NCBI GenBank assembly: GCA_963827655.1
Contig: CAWHCF010000032.1
Coordinates: forward strand, 32,001-96,000
Direction of reading: 5' to 3'
Origin: an uncultured Acidobacteriota bacterium
GTDB taxonomy: Bacteria > Acidobacteriota > UBA6911
Length of the DNA stretch: 64,000 nucleotides
Positions 61,988 to 64,000 of the stretch are shown piece by piece. Each line of letters starts with the position of its first letter. The stretch's first letter is position 1. Position numbers and translations under genes: made by a program. The notes below the pieces were generated by a model, which worked only from the letters and a program-made list of their open reading frames with translations, was not told the origin of the DNA and did not search any database.

Positions 61988-64000
61988 ATGATCGACAAGG
62001 TGCTGGGCCATTACCGGATCATTTCGAAGCTCGGAGAAGGGGGCATGGGAATGGTCTACCGCGCGCAAGACCAGGTGCTGCAGCGCGACGTAGCGTTGAA
62101 ATTCCTCGGCGAGGCGCTCGGCCTGGAAGCCCGGCAATTCTTGCTGCGGGAGGCGCGCGCGGCGTCCGCTCTCTCCCACCCGAATATCTGCACGGTGCAT
62201 GAAGTCGGTGAAGCCGAGGGCGAGTTCTACATCGTGATGGAACTGATCGAAGGCAAGCCGCTGAGCGACTCGATCGGCACCGGAGGGCTGCCGTATGAAT
62301 CGGTGATGCGATACGGCGCCCAGATAGCCGGGGCGCTGACCCATGCCCACGGGCGCAACATCGTTCATCGAGACCTGAAAAGCGCCAACATAATCGTGAC
62401 GCCGGAAGGCCTGGTCAAAGTTCTGGATTTCGGCCTGGCGCGGCGTCTGGCAGCGGCGCAGGATGAAGGGACGCAGACCTTAGACACGCTGGCAACCGCT
62501 GTCACGACCGGCGGCACGCTGTCTTACATGTCGCCGGAAGTGCTGTGCGGCGAGCCGGGAGATTACCGCAGCGACTTGTGGGCGCTCGGAGTGGTGCTCT
62601 ATGAGGCCCTGGCGGGTCAGGTGCCATTTCACGGGCGGACGACTTTCGAGGCCAGCTCCGCCATCCTGCATGAGCCGCCGCCACCTCTGCCCGCCTGGAT
62701 ACCGCCCGGCCTGGCGGCCATCGTTCAACGCTGCCTGGCGAAAGAGCCCGCGCTGCGCTATCAGCGCGCGAGCGAAGTACAGGCGGCGCTCGAGGCAATT
62801 CAATCGGCCAGCGCCGCGCCGCAGCCTCCGAGCGATCAGCGCGGGCCCATTACCACGGTGCACCGCGGGATCAAGCACCTCCAGGTCAGGAACGGCGATG
62901 TCCTGTTACTGGTCGGTACAACGAAGGGAGTCTTTCTGCTGCGGTCCGCGGCGCAGCGCGCGCGCTGGGATGTCGCCGGACCGTACTTCCATGGGCAAGC
63001 CACGTATGCGTTGGCCTATGACAGCCGGGAAGGACGGCACCGCTTGTGGGCTTCGACTTTCAGCATGCTGTGGGGCGCGTTCTTGCGCTCGAGCGACGAT
63101 TACGGGAGGACCTGGACTAACCCGCAGGAGGCCCCGATTCGCTTTCCAACCGATTCGGGCGCCACCCTCAAGAACATCTGGCAGATTTGCCTTGGAAGGC
63201 CGGAGGAGCCGAACGTGATCTATTGCGGCGTGGAGCCGGCGGCGCTTTACGAATCGCGTGATGACGGCCAAACATGGTCGCTGGTGCGGGGCTTGTTCAA
63301 CCATCCGCACCGCCCGCGCTGGATGCCGGGGTTGGGCGGCCTGGCCCTGCACACGATCCTGCTCGACTCGCAGAATCCGGAGCGGATGTATATCGCCATT
63401 TCGGCCGGCGGCGTTTACGCCACCGAAGACGGCGGGCGCACGTGGCAGGCGCGCAATCGCGGTATCCGCATGGTGCACATGCCGGAGAAGTATCCGGAGT
63501 TCGGCCAGTGTGTGCACAAGATCGTCATGCACCCCTCGCGGCCGGAACGCCTTTTTCTGCAGAACCATTGGGGTTTGTACCGCTCCGACAATCAGGGCGA
63601 AAGCTGGCAGGACATCGCCCATGGTGTGCCGTCGGACTTTGGTTACGCGATGGTCGTCCACCCGCACAATCCCGACTGCGTCTATATCCTGCCGATGGAG
63701 TCCGACGAGTTCCGCTGTGCTCCCGAGGGCTGCCTGCGTGTCTATCGCACCCGAAATGCCGGCGAATCGTGGGAACCGCTTGCGCGCGGCCTGCCCCGAA
63801 AAGGAGCCTATGAAACCGTGCTGCGCGATGCCATGGCAGCGGACTCGCTGAACCCGGTGGGCATCTACTTCGGCACGCGTAGCGGACAGCTCTACGGGTC
63901 GTCCGACGAAGGGAAAACCTGGAAGAAGATTCTCGAGGGTTTGCCTCCGGTAGTTTGTGTGAAGAGCGCCGTGGTGGGCGAGCGCCGGGTCAGCGGCGCT
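61988..64000 (+). CDS. Ser/Thr protein kinase fused to a BNR/Asp-box beta-propeller; runs off window end
   Basis: Manual translation, 671 codons with no stop: LGEGGMG, HRDLKSAN, DFG, YMSPE; then LLVGTTKG, SDDYGRTW, SRDDGQTW, TEDGGRTW, GQCVHK, SDNQGESW, SSDEGKTW, LPPVVCVK. Confidence 0.9.
   Translation, partial: MIDKVLGHYRIISKLGEGGMGMVYRAQDQVLQRDVALKFLGEALGLEARQFLLREARAASALSHPNICTVHEVGEAEGEFYIVMELIEGKPLSDSIGTGGLPYESVMRYGAQIAGALTHAHGRNIVHRDLKSANIIVTPEGLVKVLDFGLARRLAAAQDEGTQTLDTLATAVTTGGTLSYMSPEVLCGEPGDYRSDLWALGVVLYEALAGQVPFHGRTTFEASSAILHEPPPPLPAWIPPGLAAIVQRCLAKEPALRYQRASEVQAALEAIQSASAAPQPPSDQRGPITTVHRGIKHLQVRNGDVLLLVGTTKGVFLLRSAAQRARWDVAGPYFHGQATYALAYDSREGRHRLWASTFSMLWGAFLRSSDDYGRTWTNPQEAPIRFPTDSGATLKNIWQICLGRPEEPNVIYCGVEPAALYESRDDGQTWSLVRGLFNHPHRPRWMPGLGGLALHTILLDSQNPERMYIAISAGGVYATEDGGRTWQARNRGIRMVHMPEKYPEFGQCVHKIVMHPSRPERLFLQNHWGLYRSDNQGESWQDIAHGVPSDFGYAMVVHPHNPDCVYILPMESDEFRCAPEGCLRVYRTRNAGESWEPLARGLPRKGAYETVLRDAMAADSLNPVGIYFGTRSGQLYGSSDEGKTWKKILEGLPPVVCVKSAVVGERRVSGA

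Overview
GC-rich bacterial chromosomal segment. Gene content points to Acidobacteria (inference): carboxypeptidase-regulatory-domain TonB receptors, a PadR plus duplicated orphan permease pair, a DUF1549/DUF1553 cytochrome c protein and many exported hydrolases. About 45 genes, a mosaic of unlinked metabolic, secreted and signalling functions. I found no rRNA, tRNA, CRISPR array, transposase or integrase. About 15 genes are split by single-base frameshifts, most likely long-read assembly indels rather than real pseudogenes. Main observations: (1) a TIR-TM-PASTA receptor-like protein and a second TIR protein with tandem beta-sandwich repeats; (2) a Ser/Thr kinase fused in frame to a BNR beta-propeller, running off the window end; (3) three copies of a ~232 bp MITE with 30-bp TIRs and TTA duplications, two of them inverted around a TPR-histidine kinase; (4) a family of 8-bp-periodic palindromes at gene boundaries, one split around a gene and hit by the MITE; (5) a ~115 nt multi-stem putative ncRNA; (6) an FRP-like gene next to an attC-like half-site; (7) three toxin-antitoxin loci. 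All family assignments come from motif recognition by eye, not database searches.
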